DNA of 60,732 nt, counting the filler, from Platydemus manokwari (Eukaryota): NCBI GenBank assembly GCA_037951405.1. It is 5 parts of 5 records of this genome, joined end to end, with 100 filler letters (N's around TTAATTAATTAA, not from the genome) between each part and the next. Parts side by side here need not be neighbours in the genome. Positions count along the whole stretch, not along the records: positions 11,126 to 24,235 come from JBBMOY011839167.1; positions 24,336 to 34,019 come from JBBMOY011218322.1; 3 more parts are not named here. One strand, written 5' to 3'. The position numbers and the translations under genes are program-made. The notes beneath the pieces are model-generated. The model searched no databases, was not told where the DNA came from, and saw only the letters and a list, made by a program, of their open reading frames with translations. Positions 11,195-25,215 of this stretch are shown here, one piece after another (position 1 is the stretch's first letter; every line of letters starts with the position of its first letter).

Positions 11195-13084
11195 TTAATA
11201 TGATTTGTGACTGCAACTTTGACTGTTAGAAAATTTTGAATTCTTCTTTAATTTTATTAAGATGTTTATTATTATAATTTTGGCATCATTACTTGTTAAA
11301 AATTATATATTAATTATTATTATTAGTAATATTACCATGATTATATTGATAATGAAAGTGAATAAATTGAATTTATTGATTATTAAGGTATTTAATTAAA
11401 TAATTGATAAAGTAAAATATCAATCGTCAATTATGTGACAGCTTATATAAGCCAAGATCTCTCAGAGTAAATATTCAATAGAGATGTGCGTGAATATATT
11501 TTATTTATCGAATAAATCAAATCAAATAATTAATGAAAAAGTAAATTTTATTTTGGAACTTCAACGATTTGGTTATATTTATGGCTTCCGACATAAATGA
11601 GTGGCGGGGATTAAATTTCTGAGAGTCGTCATGAAATATAATACGTTATAATTTCACTGGCATTGCATGATGAGAAGGGGAATTCTCCAGCATTGCGAGT
11701 GAATTCAGAAAAAATTCTCCTTTCGAGAGACAAACAAATCTAAAAAAAAATTAATGTTGAAATGGAATTATCGAATATCTAGTATGTAATGAATATTTTT
11801 TGACTTTCCCCAAACATTTTGTTTAGTCATGTCTAGTCAGTTAAGATAAATTTGTTTTCGAGGATAGTAAAAACAGTCCTGAATATTGTTAAGCTGGTTT
11901 CATATTTACTTGCACGAATCGAATCGAAGTAACCGTTTTATATCTATATGGGTTTTAGATATTTACGTAGGTATGTTCGTAAGTTAAAGAAAAATAATAA
12001 TGATAAAGTGGACACTACATATCGAAAACTAATAAAAATATTGTAAATAAATTAGCGATAAACTAATGAAGCATTTCTAAATGTCAGGATGATATTATAT
12101 ACAGCCAATGATCAAAATATATCCTGATTAATTCGTATAAGAAATGAAGATAAGAACACCAAAAAATGTCCCACAATAAGTCGAAAGAATCACTTAATAT
12201 GTTAACAGATAAGATATCTTATATGTTGTTTGAGAAAGAAGTAGTAAGCAGAAAAGAAAATAAATGTACCTGCATAAGCATTAGACCGAAATGATCCCAT
12301 CAAACGGAGCTTGGTAATAAAAAACCGCACTTTTTTGACAAGATCATGAAGCATAATCATATCTAACTATCAACATTAACATTTGCTATAGTTAATTTTA
12401 TGTGACGTTGGATAATGCGCAACTAGTTACAAATCTGCGCTGACGTGAAAGTTTTTAAGAGTTTATGCGAATGAAATTACCAATGCAAGTGAGAAGATAA
12501 TCAAATTATTTTAAAATAATTTTTAAATCAAGCTAATAAATTAATTTATTTTGAATAAGCTTTTTGTATTTTATGCAATAAATTATAATCAAGATTAATA
12601 AAAGGTTCTTGTTTTAATATTGCAAAGCTAGACTTCATAATCTTCATTGTTTTGAATGATTATTTAAATAACCATTTGGCTTAATTTAAGTAAAGGGGTC
12701 TTTTGATCTACTTTCGAAATAATGAATTTTCGCGCGTGAAATAATTTTATAACTTAATTTTATATAAAATTTTGATGTTTGATTCATTCATATAATTCAG
12801 TTAATATCTCACTTTTTAGGTTTTAAAATTAAATTCCTATTCTATTCACAACACTTCTTTTCGAGTTTTTGAGTTTTTAAATTTAAATTTAAATTTTATA
12901 ATTATAAACTGAGTTAGTTAACTACAGAAATGTTTAATAATATCATTGCTTATTGTTATAAAATAATTGTGAAAATTTAAAGTATCTCTCTATTTGCTTA
13001 TAATGTTTAAAAAAAAAGTGTCTCGCTTATTTTCAATAAATTGCGATTAGACCTACTTTGATCCCTTTTTCAAATAATAAACTA

Positions 13085-13179
13085 TAAATTCTTTCTAATT
13101 ACTTAAATAAAAAATTCAAGATGTTTTTAAAGAATTTAATTTGATAAACTATATAGATTTTTGCAATACACTCAACAAA
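13085..13179 (+). repeat. Dispersed repeat, copy 2, ~175 bp upstream of the RING ORF
   Basis: Homologous to 6497-6592. Confidence 0.85.
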
Positions 13180-13353
13180 TTTTATTTTAAGACACCTTTT
13201 CTTAACTTTAGTCGACTATTTATCAAAACCTTAAGATTCACATATCAGAATTAAAATGTTTACTAAAATATTAAAATTTAATCTAAATTTTAATGTTTAT
13301 TTATCAAAAATTTGTTTTGATAGTAGCATTTAATTTTAATTAATCATCAAACA

Positions 13354-13782
13354 ATGTCATCAATCGAATGTTCGGTTTGTTTAAGTGATTGGAAAGGTTT
13401 TACATACCGAATGGGTCAATGCTTGCACGAATTCTGTCAACCATGTATAGACACATGGTTGAAGAACTCAAATAAATGCCCACTTGACAGATGTGTCATT
13501 GCTGAAATGTCCCTGCTTGATAGACCAGAAGGTGCATTGTTGAAACATTTATTGATATTAGATCCTGGATTGAGAGTTGTACAAGAACAACACAGATTAA
13601 GATTCGGAGATAATAATAATGGCTTGATAACTTTTGATATCAGAAATAATATCGTTGATGAAGATGAAGAAGAATCTGAAAATGATATTGAAGATGACCT
13701 TAGAAATATATTAGAGAATGAAGAGGATGATGATGAGAATGATAGTGACTTTAACAATGAAGATTGCAGTGATAGTGATTAG
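13354..13782 (+). CDS. Intronless RING-finger protein (C3HC3D type) with acidic C-terminal tail, putative E3 ligase
   Basis: CSVC-x13-CLHEFCQPCIDTWLKNSNKCPLDR (last ligand Asp), then a D/E-rich tail; AAACAATG start context. Confidence 0.8.
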   Translation: MSSIECSVCLSDWKGFTYRMGQCLHEFCQPCIDTWLKNSNKCPLDRCVIAEMSLLDRPEGALLKHLLILDPGLRVVQEQHRLRFGDNNNGLITFDIRNNIVDEDEEESENDIEDDLRNILENEEDDDENDSDFNNEDCSDSD

Positions 13783-14121
13783 GTCGGTTAAGAAGATTGT
13801 GACAGTGATATTGATAATAGTGTTTGTGAATAGGATTCTTTGGAAAGTGACTATGGGGATTGGATTGACAAGATGATTTCATGATTAGGGAAGATAAGAA
13901 TGGTGACAGTTAATGTAATAATATTGTTATGTCATGAAACATTTTGCAGTCGTGCGTGGATTTTTAGAGATAATAAATCTTAAAATACTTTTGTGCTACT
14001 TTTATAATTTGATTGTTACTTTTTATTGCTATGTACAAGTAAAGATTCGTTTAATAACCTGATTTTATCATTAATAAATTCAGATTACCAAGGTAATTAC
14101 AAACCCATTGGCCTAATTTAA

Positions 14122-14197
14122 TCCTTTCAATACGACTTTTGGCCAGTGAAAATATTTTTGTATAACTGAACTATATATCTCCGGAGTATTGAAAGGG
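14122..14197. mobile_element. 76-bp piggyBac-type non-autonomous element (MITE)
   Basis: TTAA on both flanks (14118-14121, 14198-14201); terminal inverted repeats (T/C)CCTTTCAATAC ... GTATTGAAAGGG. Confidence 0.7.
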
Positions 14198-14379
14198 TTA
14201 AATGGATTTATAAAATTGATTCCTTTATGGAATTTCGATTAATTGATGTGGTTCGATTTTAGAATACTTTTATTCAATGTCGTTGTTGAGAATTAGAGGT
14301 TGCTTAGCAATTTGGTATCAAAATATTAATAAATTCCTACATTTATGAAACTAGTTATTTATTATGATTATATATATCC

Positions 14380-15897
14380 TTGTCTACCCCAATATATTAG
14401 AAGAATTTTAGAATCATGGGACATATTTTTAATTAAGGTTGTCATATACAAATCGCCTTCTTTGCAGATAAGCCTCTGACTTCTCAGGAAATGATGCTTG
14501 TAGCTCTTTTCATTATTAATAAGATTAACTAAAAACCATATTAGTATTTTTAGATTTTTGAAATGAACATTGATCTGAAATTTGAAGTCTCTAAAGTAGG
14601 TTGTTCAAATTATTTCAAAATTCGTTTTCTAGCATTTTAGATCCAGTATGAGAATTTGGTAATTTTACATAAAGTATGTAGCTTCTTTTTTATAACTTTT
14701 CTATCAAAGCATTTTGATTTCTAATCATAGCATTTCAATCAGTTATTTTCTGAATGGTGAAACTCAGCTTGCTAACCTCATTGAATACAAATTTTCTCCG
14801 ACTTCATACAACCGATGATGTTCCAGATTTTTCTTCGTGACGTCAATTGCTAATTTTAAGTACATTTATTCGAACACAAAAGAGATTATTGATTTAATTG
14901 GTTTTGTTTATTCCTACAGATTAGTAAGGCATTGTTGACATCGAGATAATTACATATTGTAGGTTTTGATAGCTATTTTGACGGTATTGATGTCAGAAAA
15001 TGAAAGTAAAACGTCTGTGTTGTATTCTTTGAATTATCTCTGAACCTCTATTAGCGAACAAGTTAAGTCTGCCTTACGAATAATTTGCTTGAGGAATTCT
15101 TACTTCAATCAGTGTATTCCATTTCGGATTTCATTAGTGGTCTGGAGTTATCGGATTTAATTATTTGCCATTTTTTGAAACTAGAAACAGAACTGTGATG
15201 ATTTTTTTTTGTAAAATGGAATTTTTACGATCTCAATAAAATTATTGGTTTAAATATTTTCTGATAACTCGGAAAATTAATCAGAGTCTTGTTGGTGCAT
15301 ATGTTCCATATCATACTGGCGATTCTGGCTTAAATTTATTCCCTTGGTTCGATGACACATGTGTAGCGAATGAAGGAAATTATTATGGCGTCATATTTGA
15401 GACAACATAATTTCATTTATAGGGTCGAATGATATATCTTCGAATGCAATAAATATGTTCGAGCATTAAATATGTTCTTTCATTTTAACTGCAAATGTTT
15501 CACTGAATTGTGTAAATTTAAGCTCCTAATTCCTGTCACAAACGATGGGTTTGTTTTATTCATCGAAACATCTAATTTAATAAAATTCTGACTCAAAGAG
15601 CTAACTCTATATTATTGCAAGCTATAGATATAGATAGTTCTTTTTACCTTACTTCAATATGTTATATTTCGATGTGAATATAAAAGTAATCAGAATTTAT
15701 CGAGTCTGGATTCTTTGTGGTATGTTCCAATTATATATTCGTAATCTTGGCTTATGTTAAGCCGGATTATTAAAAGTAATATTTATCTTATACTTCCACA
15801 AGTATAAATATAACAATGACTTACCATTTTCTGAAATAATTTTGCTCAATTACAATAATAATGACGAAAATTTATAAATTTATTAAACCGAACAACA
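14380..15897 (-). pseudogene. Decayed leucine-rich-repeat (secreted/membrane) gene
   Basis: Minus strand shows an interrupted signal-like start (MLFGLINL*IFVIIIV), a GTAAGT donor (~15820) and LRR-like snippets LNISQD, SIACNNI, IKLDVSMNK..GIRSLNLHN, INLSQNRQ, QILILDL with many stops and frameshifts; internal duplication ~15290-15340 vs ~15690-15760. Confidence 0.35.
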
Positions 15898-16338
15898 TAA
15901 GTGATTTAAAAATAAATTGAGAATAAAAATTTAAATTTAAATGCCATTGTTGTAGGCTTTAATTTTTCAAGACAAAATAAATCGAATAATTTCAATGAAA
16001 AGAACATGGTCGATAAGTGAACGAAAATATCGCTTAATTAGTTTCAACATTTGACAAAATTCTGAAAATATCCTTGCATCGTGTATATCAATTACAAAAA
16101 TCACAACTCTGTTGTATGATGAATCCACATTAAAAAGAAAGTTTCGATTCTTTGAGAGTTAATTCCTGAAAACGATATGTTTATTTTGAATAGTTAAATT
16201 AAACCATAATTACTAAATAATTCTTTGTCGCAATAATGAGAGTATGGTTAACAGCCACTGGACAGGATCAAGATAAAACAATTATCGTATTTTCCGTAAT
16301 GAATCCTGTTGCACAGAATAGAAATATCGGGTTGTTTA

Positions 16339-16841
16339 TTTAGCTGAGAAGACTTTGTTTATTTTTGTCTGCAGTTTTTTGTTGCGTCTGTGTTTCTTTG
16401 ATTCTTTTGAGCTTTCTTTGTGATGTTTTTGTTGTTCTGGACTGTGTTGGTTTTTTAACGTTTTTTTTAACTGAAGAGAAGGAATAAATTAAAAATTAAA
16501 TCAATTATTTTATTCATTATAATTCTTGATATTTTCATTTATTATTATTATTATTTATGTTATCAAAGGTGATTTAATATTATTTATTTTACTGGTTAGC
16601 ATCATGTACGATGCTGCGCATCGATTTCTATAAATATGATGAATTGTCGCTCGATAGAAATGAAATCATCGAAATTTATCGATTTCCTTGCACGTATATA
16701 TCTGTATTCGCATGGATTGAAATTTTGTATCGTCTTATCAAAATCTTTGAATTGAATAGGAGATTTAAGGAAAAATTTCCTCGATGAACTGCTTATTTGA
16801 AGGAAGATTTTTGCTCTGGAAAAATTCAGTAATGTGGTCAT
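16339..16841 (-). CDS. Possible small two-exon basic protein (16841-16610, 16470-16339), function unknown
   Basis: 79-aa ORF plus a downstream K/Q/T-rich open segment behind a good acceptor (CCTTCTCTTCAG). The donor is weak and no domain is recognised. Confidence 0.2.
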
Positions 16842-17250
16842 AAATTATGACAATAATAAATTACTATTGTTGTTAAGTTTTGAATTACTTTAACGTAATT
16901 CTAACTCGACTCTAATCACTAAGTCTGATAAAGATTTATTTTAATTTCGGTAAACACAAAATTAGAATGTTTATAAGAGACAGATCTCGATAAAGTTAAG
17001 TAATAAGCCCCGGTACTTCTTCTTAATACTTTAGCTCAGAATGTAGTTGTGGTTAATATTACACTGCTACATAATACCTTTTCTAAATAGAGCACTGTTT
17101 TATTTTATTTTGTGAATTTATAATTATCTTGTATTTATTATATGATTGCATTTCGCTCTTTACTATTACTTATTGTGTGTATATAACTTATTTTTAGGCC
17201 GATATTATTATTTATTATCATTATTATTTTAATATTATTTATCAAAATAA

Positions 17251-17753
17251 AGTTACATTATCAAACAACAATTTAAATCTGAAAATGTGTGTTAACTAAA
17301 TATTTCACTCAAAGTCTCAAAAACAACAACAAATCTCTACGCAATTCACAAAGAAAATCATTGAAGATGGGACCAAAAAGACTGATTACTAAAATCACAC
17401 ATAAGCTAAGTTCTAAAGTTACCGACCAAAAAAGATTGGCAGGAATCCATGGAACTCAACCTCTTAAAAACATATTGGATGTGTCTGCTTGCTGTCACGG
17501 ATCTTCGGTTAACATTCGCTAAATTTGTTCGTGAATAGATTTACTTGAGATTTCCATTACATCTCTCATGCTATTGACGGATATTTGAGCTTGCTACCGT
17601 TTGTCGATTCTTAACTTCTAAATATAGTTTAATATTAGAATGAATTTGATTGGTTAACTTCACGTATGTTCATCGGGTTTGTGTGCATTGATCCTTTTTA
17701 GGGTTTTCCTTTGTTCTTGTGACCCTTTTGATTGATTTGTGATATACCTAGCA
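17251..17753. mobile_element. Solo LTR, family A copy 1
   Basis: Colinear homology with 23599-24089 (e.g. CATGGAACTCAACCTC, TGTCGATTCTTAACTTCTAAATAT); ends ACCTAGCA; 5' end eroded. Confidence 0.7.
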
Positions 17754-20700
17754 ATAATATTGATAGATCCTAAAATAAGCTTTATAAATATATCGCAGTT
17801 GAAATTAAAATAAAATAAGAATTAATAAAGACAGGCACAAAATATAAACGAAACAAAATTTTATGGCGAAAATAAGATACAGAAATGATTAATAGTAATA
17901 AAGCATCAGTGAATTACTAAAAATAAACTAAGATTACTTTAATAATTAAAAAGGGAAATGATTTTTTAAATGAATTATAATTTATTTAAAAATTAATAGT
18001 ATTATTTAATTTTATAATTTTTAAAAAAATTTACATTAAAGTAAAAAGTTCGTAAAACAGGAAGATAAATCTTATAAACAAAGAAATATGATCGATGGGA
18101 AGCATCACGAAATGATGTGAACGAAAATATTAGTATTTAATTAACCATGTAACTCTTTAAATGGCAAATCAATTACCCGAGATAATGAAGATAAGATTAT
18201 AGTTACATAAGCTATAAATATCTGTAAAAGTATTTTCCGTAGAGTTAGTAAATCACTAAATACACCCGTGCCTGATACCCGTGTATTTTGTGATAGCAGC
18301 CCGAATTAATCTCTGTGTTGATATTTTCAAGTTCAAGATTGTGTTTTCGTCAAAAAAATTAAAGGCAGTGTTTAAATTAAGGTTGTACTCATTGGGATAT
18401 ATTCTTTATAAAATATCGTGTTAAATATAGCTTTATAATTAGAATCAGTTATTTACAAATGTAATGTGATTCTGCATGATTGCAATCACTCAGATTATGT
18501 TTTAAGTTTATGTTTTTAAAGACCACACTGATTTTTAATTGCTCCAAACTAAACAATATTTTCAAACAAATGTGAATAAATTTTACTGTTATTATTATTA
18601 ATAATGTTATTGATAATAGTTTTATAAAACACAACTCATTATTTTCATTATATTTACTGCCTTATATTGATTATTATTATCGTAGAGATACTTGCAGATA
18701 AAAAAAAACAAATCCGTTCTGTAGCAAAAAACCAAATATTTAATAATAAGCTAAACTGCTTTTTATATATTGGCGTCTACAATGTTGTAAGTATTGTTGT
18801 TATGGTCTTGTGTATGAAATAAAATGTTTCCATATAATTTTATCACCAATATTTCTAATATCTAGTCATGTTATTAAAGATAAGGATATGGATATTGACT
18901 TAATCTTTTCAAGATTTTCCAATACCGTTTCGGACAGATTTAATTGATACGTCAAGTTTTGAAAAATAAAATATTAAAGCTAGAATGCAATCTTTTATGG
19001 AAATTTTTCCTAATCCAACCGAAATAACAGATTCCTATATAATTATAGTGAATAAAGTACTGATGTATTGATTTGTTATCATTTTTCAAAGAGTTACGAA
19101 AGATTGAAATCAGATATTGTTGATAAAATATTTGTGATTGTTTTCTGCTTGATATTTACAGTACTTAAGATTTAAAAAAGGAATTATAATTACGACTTCA
19201 AGCATTTGTTTTGCATTTATGGTCGAACACGAACCTCATGAGAAGTTTTTAAATTCTAAAAAATTGTTAAGAACAGTTATAAAAAATTATAAAGACATCG
19301 GAAAATAAAATAATTATATATTTATATTTTAAGCCAGAGAAGAAACATTTAAACGTAAAAGTACACTCAAAGCATGAGAAAGGGTGAACAATATTCACCA
19401 AAAATACTGAAATAAACCAATCAAGAAACGACCATTACTATTTAATTTTGGTTTGACTGTTCAATCCATTTGTGGCATTGAAAATACATAGATAAGAATT
19501 TTTTTAAGAGTTATGTTCTGTCTTATTGTGAACATTAAAGTTTCAAACTTAAAAATATGTCTATGATAATTACAAGATTCGATAATTAATAAGATTAATA
19601 ATAATAACAAATTGTTTTTGAAAATTGTGAATTACTGCACGAAATAACCTGGTGTATACAAAGAAGATAAGAATCATTTTTCAATGAATATTTAAATTTA
19701 AATTATCATATAGCTATTTTATGCTTTTAAAGCAATAAGATTTTAATACTTGATATTGATGCATAGTGTATTAAATAATTTTTATAACCGGTGGTGCATT
19801 CTTAAAACGATAATATGAATCTTGCCTATTGTTTTCTAAATGAAATGAAATGAAACTTTCCAAAAGGTTTTTAACATTCATTTTTCAAAATTTCTTTATA
19901 TTTTTAAGTTATATCTAGTAATTTTGACCGATATCTGAGTTGTTTAAATTCATCAAAACAATCATAAAGATAGCGATAACTACTGAAAAAGAAAAAGGCA
20001 GATTGATGGCCCCATTGTTAATGTTAGTCATTATGTTTGTTAAATATTAAACAAATGTTCGTTTAGAATGTTTATTCCGAAAATTAATTATTCTTTGAAA
20101 GTAAAAAGTTCTGAAAATGAATATTCTATATTTCCTCATTCTAGTTTCAAAAACTTAACATTGACTGTTTATTAATGGCTGCTTGTTTAATAAACTCAAC
20201 AAAATTATTATCGTTAGCTTTTATTTGATGTTTGACAATCGTACAAGAAATTGCAATTCGTTGAAGCCGGAAATATAATTTAATCCAACAATCTAGCTGG
20301 GCAGCAACTTATCAAAAACACCGGCCTCTTTTATTTTAATCACTAGGGCCACTTACAGTTCTCAAGCTGCAAGTCCTATATTAAAATCCAAAATGAATTA
20401 ATCAATATCAGAATGTGTTGAAATAAAATTTAGAAATTTCTCTTTGTGTGTGTGCGTGTGTGTGCGTGTATGTGGTTTGAATGAAATGTAAATATTAGAT
20501 GAAAATTTTATTTTAAAATTTTTTATATTTTAAACAATATTCTGATTAAGCTTTGGTTTTCAATTTCAATTGTTAGTTTGATAATAAAACTGAAAATATT
20601 TATTTATTTTTTATTTACAAATATTTTATTATTTAGCAATTTATCTGGAAAACTCCAATTAAAAACTACTAATAGCAATTCATGGTGGCTTCAATATACC

Positions 20701-21845
20701 AGATATGATTTTAATGAATAGTTTTTATGCTAATTTATCACTTGCTTGTGGAAAATTGAAAAATTTACTGGTATAAAATAATAATTTCGAGCAAAAAACT
20801 TTTCAATGTTAAACAATATTTTAAAATATTCATTCAATTTCATTGAATTTCGTGAGGGGAATTTTTCGTGATTTTAATAGATTTGCAATTTAATTTCCTC
20901 TCACAACGAAGAAATCTCTGTTGGAAATCTATTTTTAGCTTGGAAATCTTTGAGAATATCTACTGGATGAAGTGACGCTACAAGTAACTAATGAAGAATA
21001 TTTGCATAAATTCCGTACAATAATAAATCGCAACGGAAACGTTCAGTTAATAATTTAATTATATAGGCAAACATAAATCTTTAATTTGGTCCAGTTGTTC
21101 GGGATGAATGTTGTAGAAATTTTCTTTTGTTGGTTTACATTGGTTTTTACTGTCATAAATATATTTGTAATTAGGAAGGTTGGGTTTTGTCGAATAAATT
21201 TAAATAACATATCCCATTAACTAGGACAAAATGGGCTCCAGACGATTTTTAGGAAAATATCAACACAAAAATTTTATTCAAGTTTTACTTAAAATTAAAT
21301 TCAAATATTTAATTTTAAAATTTAAAAGTAATTTTTACTTAATGATTATCCGAAATTTAAAAAAAAATTATTAAAAATAAATTTTAAATTTTTTAAAATT
21401 ATGTTTTTAATTTATTGATTTGGTTTTGAAATTATTTTAAACTTCCTAAACAATTTTTAATATTCTTAATTTATTTAAATCAGAAAAAATTATATTTAGA
21501 TTTTAAAATTTTAAATGAATAATATAAGACTCCTAGTAGTAATTATTATATTTAATAATAATAAAATTCATTATTATTAATATTATTTTATATTGCAAAT
21601 TTCATTATTGTTATTATTTTCATTTCACTTCTTGGATAAGACCTACAATCCACTATTAAATAATTAATTATTGGAATAGTCGAAATCAACTCCAATTATC
21701 TCAACATCACTACCACTCATCATTTGACACCACTTACCTATTTTTTCTCGTTCACGATCAGTATATTTCCATCTTTTATTATTACAATCATTATTATTAA
21801 GCCACATTTATTTTTGTCGTAATATTTGTTATTATTAATTATCGA

Positions 21846-21880
<35 letters not shown>

Positions 21881-23598
21881 TCATTAATAATAATAAAATT
21901 TTACCAGATAAATTAAAATTATTATTCTAATTATTCTTAAAAAAAATAAGTCAATCAATTATTATAAAATTTTCGAATGTTTCCAATTAACCACTGAAGA
22001 TACAATTGATAAGAAAAGCACAAGATCAATGAACCGATTTAAACAAAATTTTCAACATTTTAGTCAACTATTTAAAGGATGACAGGACGATAAATGATTT
22101 AAATTTTCTATTTATTTTTTCATGAAAAAAATTTGTTTCAAAGCATTGTTGAAATAATAAAACTGTTAAATGTATTGGTTTTAGTGAATGTTATATACAT
22201 GTTTAGAGTTACAAATTCATAAAATACAAATTTAAAACGAATATAAGAACTTCGAAATATAAAAGTATATTTATTCGAAATATTTAAATAAATTATATTT
22301 TGATAAAATATACAAATTCTATTTAAAATGCTGGTACTAAATTCTGGATAACCAAATGATTGCTGACACCAAAATATATATCACAGTGGTATTTTAATAG
22401 TAAAGTAGATCTTGAAGAAATTAAAATAAATCTAGAGGAAGTTCAAAATTAGAAGAAATGGAAATAAATAAAAGCAAATCAAAGATAGAAAACAGAGAAT
22501 TGATAACGGAAGAAGTACGAAATAAAGACCAAGAAAGATAAAAACATCAGTGTGTTTGAATAAAAAAGAACGTTGAAATGGGTTATTGATTACAAGATGT
22601 AAGAGTTAGCAAATACAAGGAATGTGAAGAAATTCAAATATTTTAAATAAAAGATTATGAGATGATTATTAATTTGAAAAATGAAATATCTTGAAATCTT
22701 GAACATTGAAATTTTAGAAATTTAGAAATTTAAAATTATTTTGATTATGACGTTTAATATTTAACTTATTTAAGAATATTAGTTCAATCATAAGAAGATT
22801 TGTTTAAATATCTGTTTATTATAAATAGATTCTTATCTTTATTGATAAGTTAATTGATATTATTAACACTAACGCATCCTTAGACAGCCTAAATTGTTTT
22901 TATTTTGCATATTCATTGAAATAAATTATTTTCGTGTGTTTTCTTGAAGCATTGGCTTGCCTTATTAACTATATATCATCAACTAATTTGCCTTTGATTA
23001 ATAATTTATTTGAATTTACAATTCTCAATTTTACGAATATTAGCAGCTCATACATATGAATATAGACGGTCTCTTGATTCCTGCTTTAAATAATGTAAAA
23101 TAATATTGGTTTTTCATAAAACTTTTGTCACAATTTTATGTAAACAATACGTAACGCTTAATTCTTATCAATATTTTTATCTTCTTAATTATTAAACTTA
23201 TTTGATTAAAATGATGCTTCAGTTAATTCTTTTATAGGCATATTACATTTTTAAATTTTTTTTTAACTTTACTGTTTTAGTTCATGGAATTCAATATTAA
23301 CTGACTTCTAAACAAAACAGTGCAAAAATGAATAAACAATATATCTTGTGTTTATCAAAACATTCCTCTACTATTTAGTTAAGTAAAAAAAACCAAAACT
23401 AAATAAATGTTTTGCACTTTGAGCTAATAATTCAGCCATTAGATAATTTATCTTGTTTACTTTCATTTTGTAGATGAGTTTGCTTTATCACTTTTGTTTG
23501 AACTTTTATTTGAATATTATATACAATACGAAAATAAGTTTTTAAAAATTTACATAACAGATTATGAATTGTTTATATATATATATATATATATATAT

Positions 23599-24089
23599 TG
23601 CTGGGTATTAATCAGCAATTTAAACATTAAAATTATATTATCCAAAATGTTACAATCTCAATCACAACAACTACAGTTAAAACCTCTACTCAAATCACGA
23701 TGGTTTATCACACAAGATTGGATCAGCACCCAAAAGTCAAAGACAGAATAAGAAGGAACCAAATAGACTGGTCACTGAAAATCACACAAAGTTAAGCTTA
23801 TTGCACAAGTTACCAACCAAGCAAGGCTGGCAGTTACTCATGGAACTCAACCTCCTTTATAGACCTATTAGGTGTGTCTGCTTGATGTCACGGGTCTTCG
23901 TTTTCAATTCGCTGAAATTATTTCGTAGATCGGTCTATTTGCAGGTATGTGCCTGTCGATTCTTAACTTCTAAATATGGATTAATATTAGAAAGAATCTG
24001 ATTAGCCTACGGCACACGTGCTTATCGGATCACCGTGTGTCGACCCCATTTAGGGTTATTTCCTTGGTTTATTTGTGATCTACCTAACA
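23599..24089. mobile_element. Solo LTR, family A copy 2, inserted in a (TA)n tract
   Basis: TGCTGGGT...ACCTAACA imperfect inverted termini (TG..CA), flanked by ATAT on both sides; homologous to 17251-17753. Confidence 0.75.
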
Positions 24090-25215
24090 ATATATGTTAA
24101 AATTATTATTTGTTATTATTTTTTATTAATAAATTCCACTTAAAATAAATAATTTAATTAAATAATCGATTTGATAAAATTATTCGGAAATGTGAAGATT
24201 TACTTACATTGAATATAAACATCAAATTATTCGACNNNNNNNNNNNNNNNNNNNNNNNNNNNNNNNNNNNNNNNNNNNNTTAATTAATTAANNNNNNNNN
24301 NNNNNNNNNNNNNNNNNNNNNNNNNNNNNNNNNNNTGCAAACCATTGCATTTTTAAAACTATCCAAAAATGAATTAATTTATAAATACGAAAATAATAAT
24401 TTTTATTGAAATCATTTCGATAAATAAATTGATTTCTGTTATAATTTTTAAATTGATTTGAACATAAAATATTTTTTCTTTTGGCATAATAATGCCCGAC
24501 AATGGTATTTGGGAATTAGTAATAACATTCTAATCCAATTCTCAATATCTATAGTTAATGTTGTTCCGACTTAATTGTTTCAAAGATTAGTTAAATAAAA
24601 CGCTTTTCAAAACTCATTAGAAATTAAACGTTATTTATTTTATTGATTGGGAGGTAATTAACAAAGTATAGATTAACATCTTATCATGGTTATCGACTGA
24701 TAATGTGATAAAACTGTAACAATAAATTTTCACCAAAACAACACCTCTTCTAGGACAATAAGTATACTGTTAGATCATTTCTATTCTTCTATGTATCTGT
24801 GATAGACTAATTTCACAACCAGATCAGTTAAAATATGATTTTCGATCGTAATATTTATTTATTTTATGTAATCAAATTATGAAACATGATTTGGCTAAAG
24901 AAATCATAATAAAAATTAATTTTTACAATGGTAATCCTAATTAAATTTTGCTACGTGTTTTTTGTCTTCGCTGATTGTACTTATTTAAAACTTAATAAAC
25001 TGACATTCAAAACCACCGCTCGAACTGAATTGTCGATATTTACATAAATAATTTTACAAATCAATCTTATAACTTCATAAAAATTAAGATAGCGCTATTT
25101 GATAGACATTCATAGAACTAAGCACACAAATAAAATACTGATTTATTTATTATTTATTAACTCACCTTTGAAAGATCAGTTAAGGTAAAGCAACAGATTA
25201 TGGCATTTCATATAT

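Noticed and set aside
11650-11706. Imperfect hairpin containing ATGATGA (SECIS or C-box-like)
   Set aside because: No GA quartet partner or D box, helix too short, and no linked selenoprotein ORF.
13437-13757. 106-aa Ser-rich minus-strand ORF
   Set aside because: Antisense shadow of the RING acidic tail.
18253-18293. 13-bp stem hairpin with CCCGTG repeats (Helitron 3' end?)
   Set aside because: The GC repeats are direct rather than inverted and there is no exact CTAG terminus.
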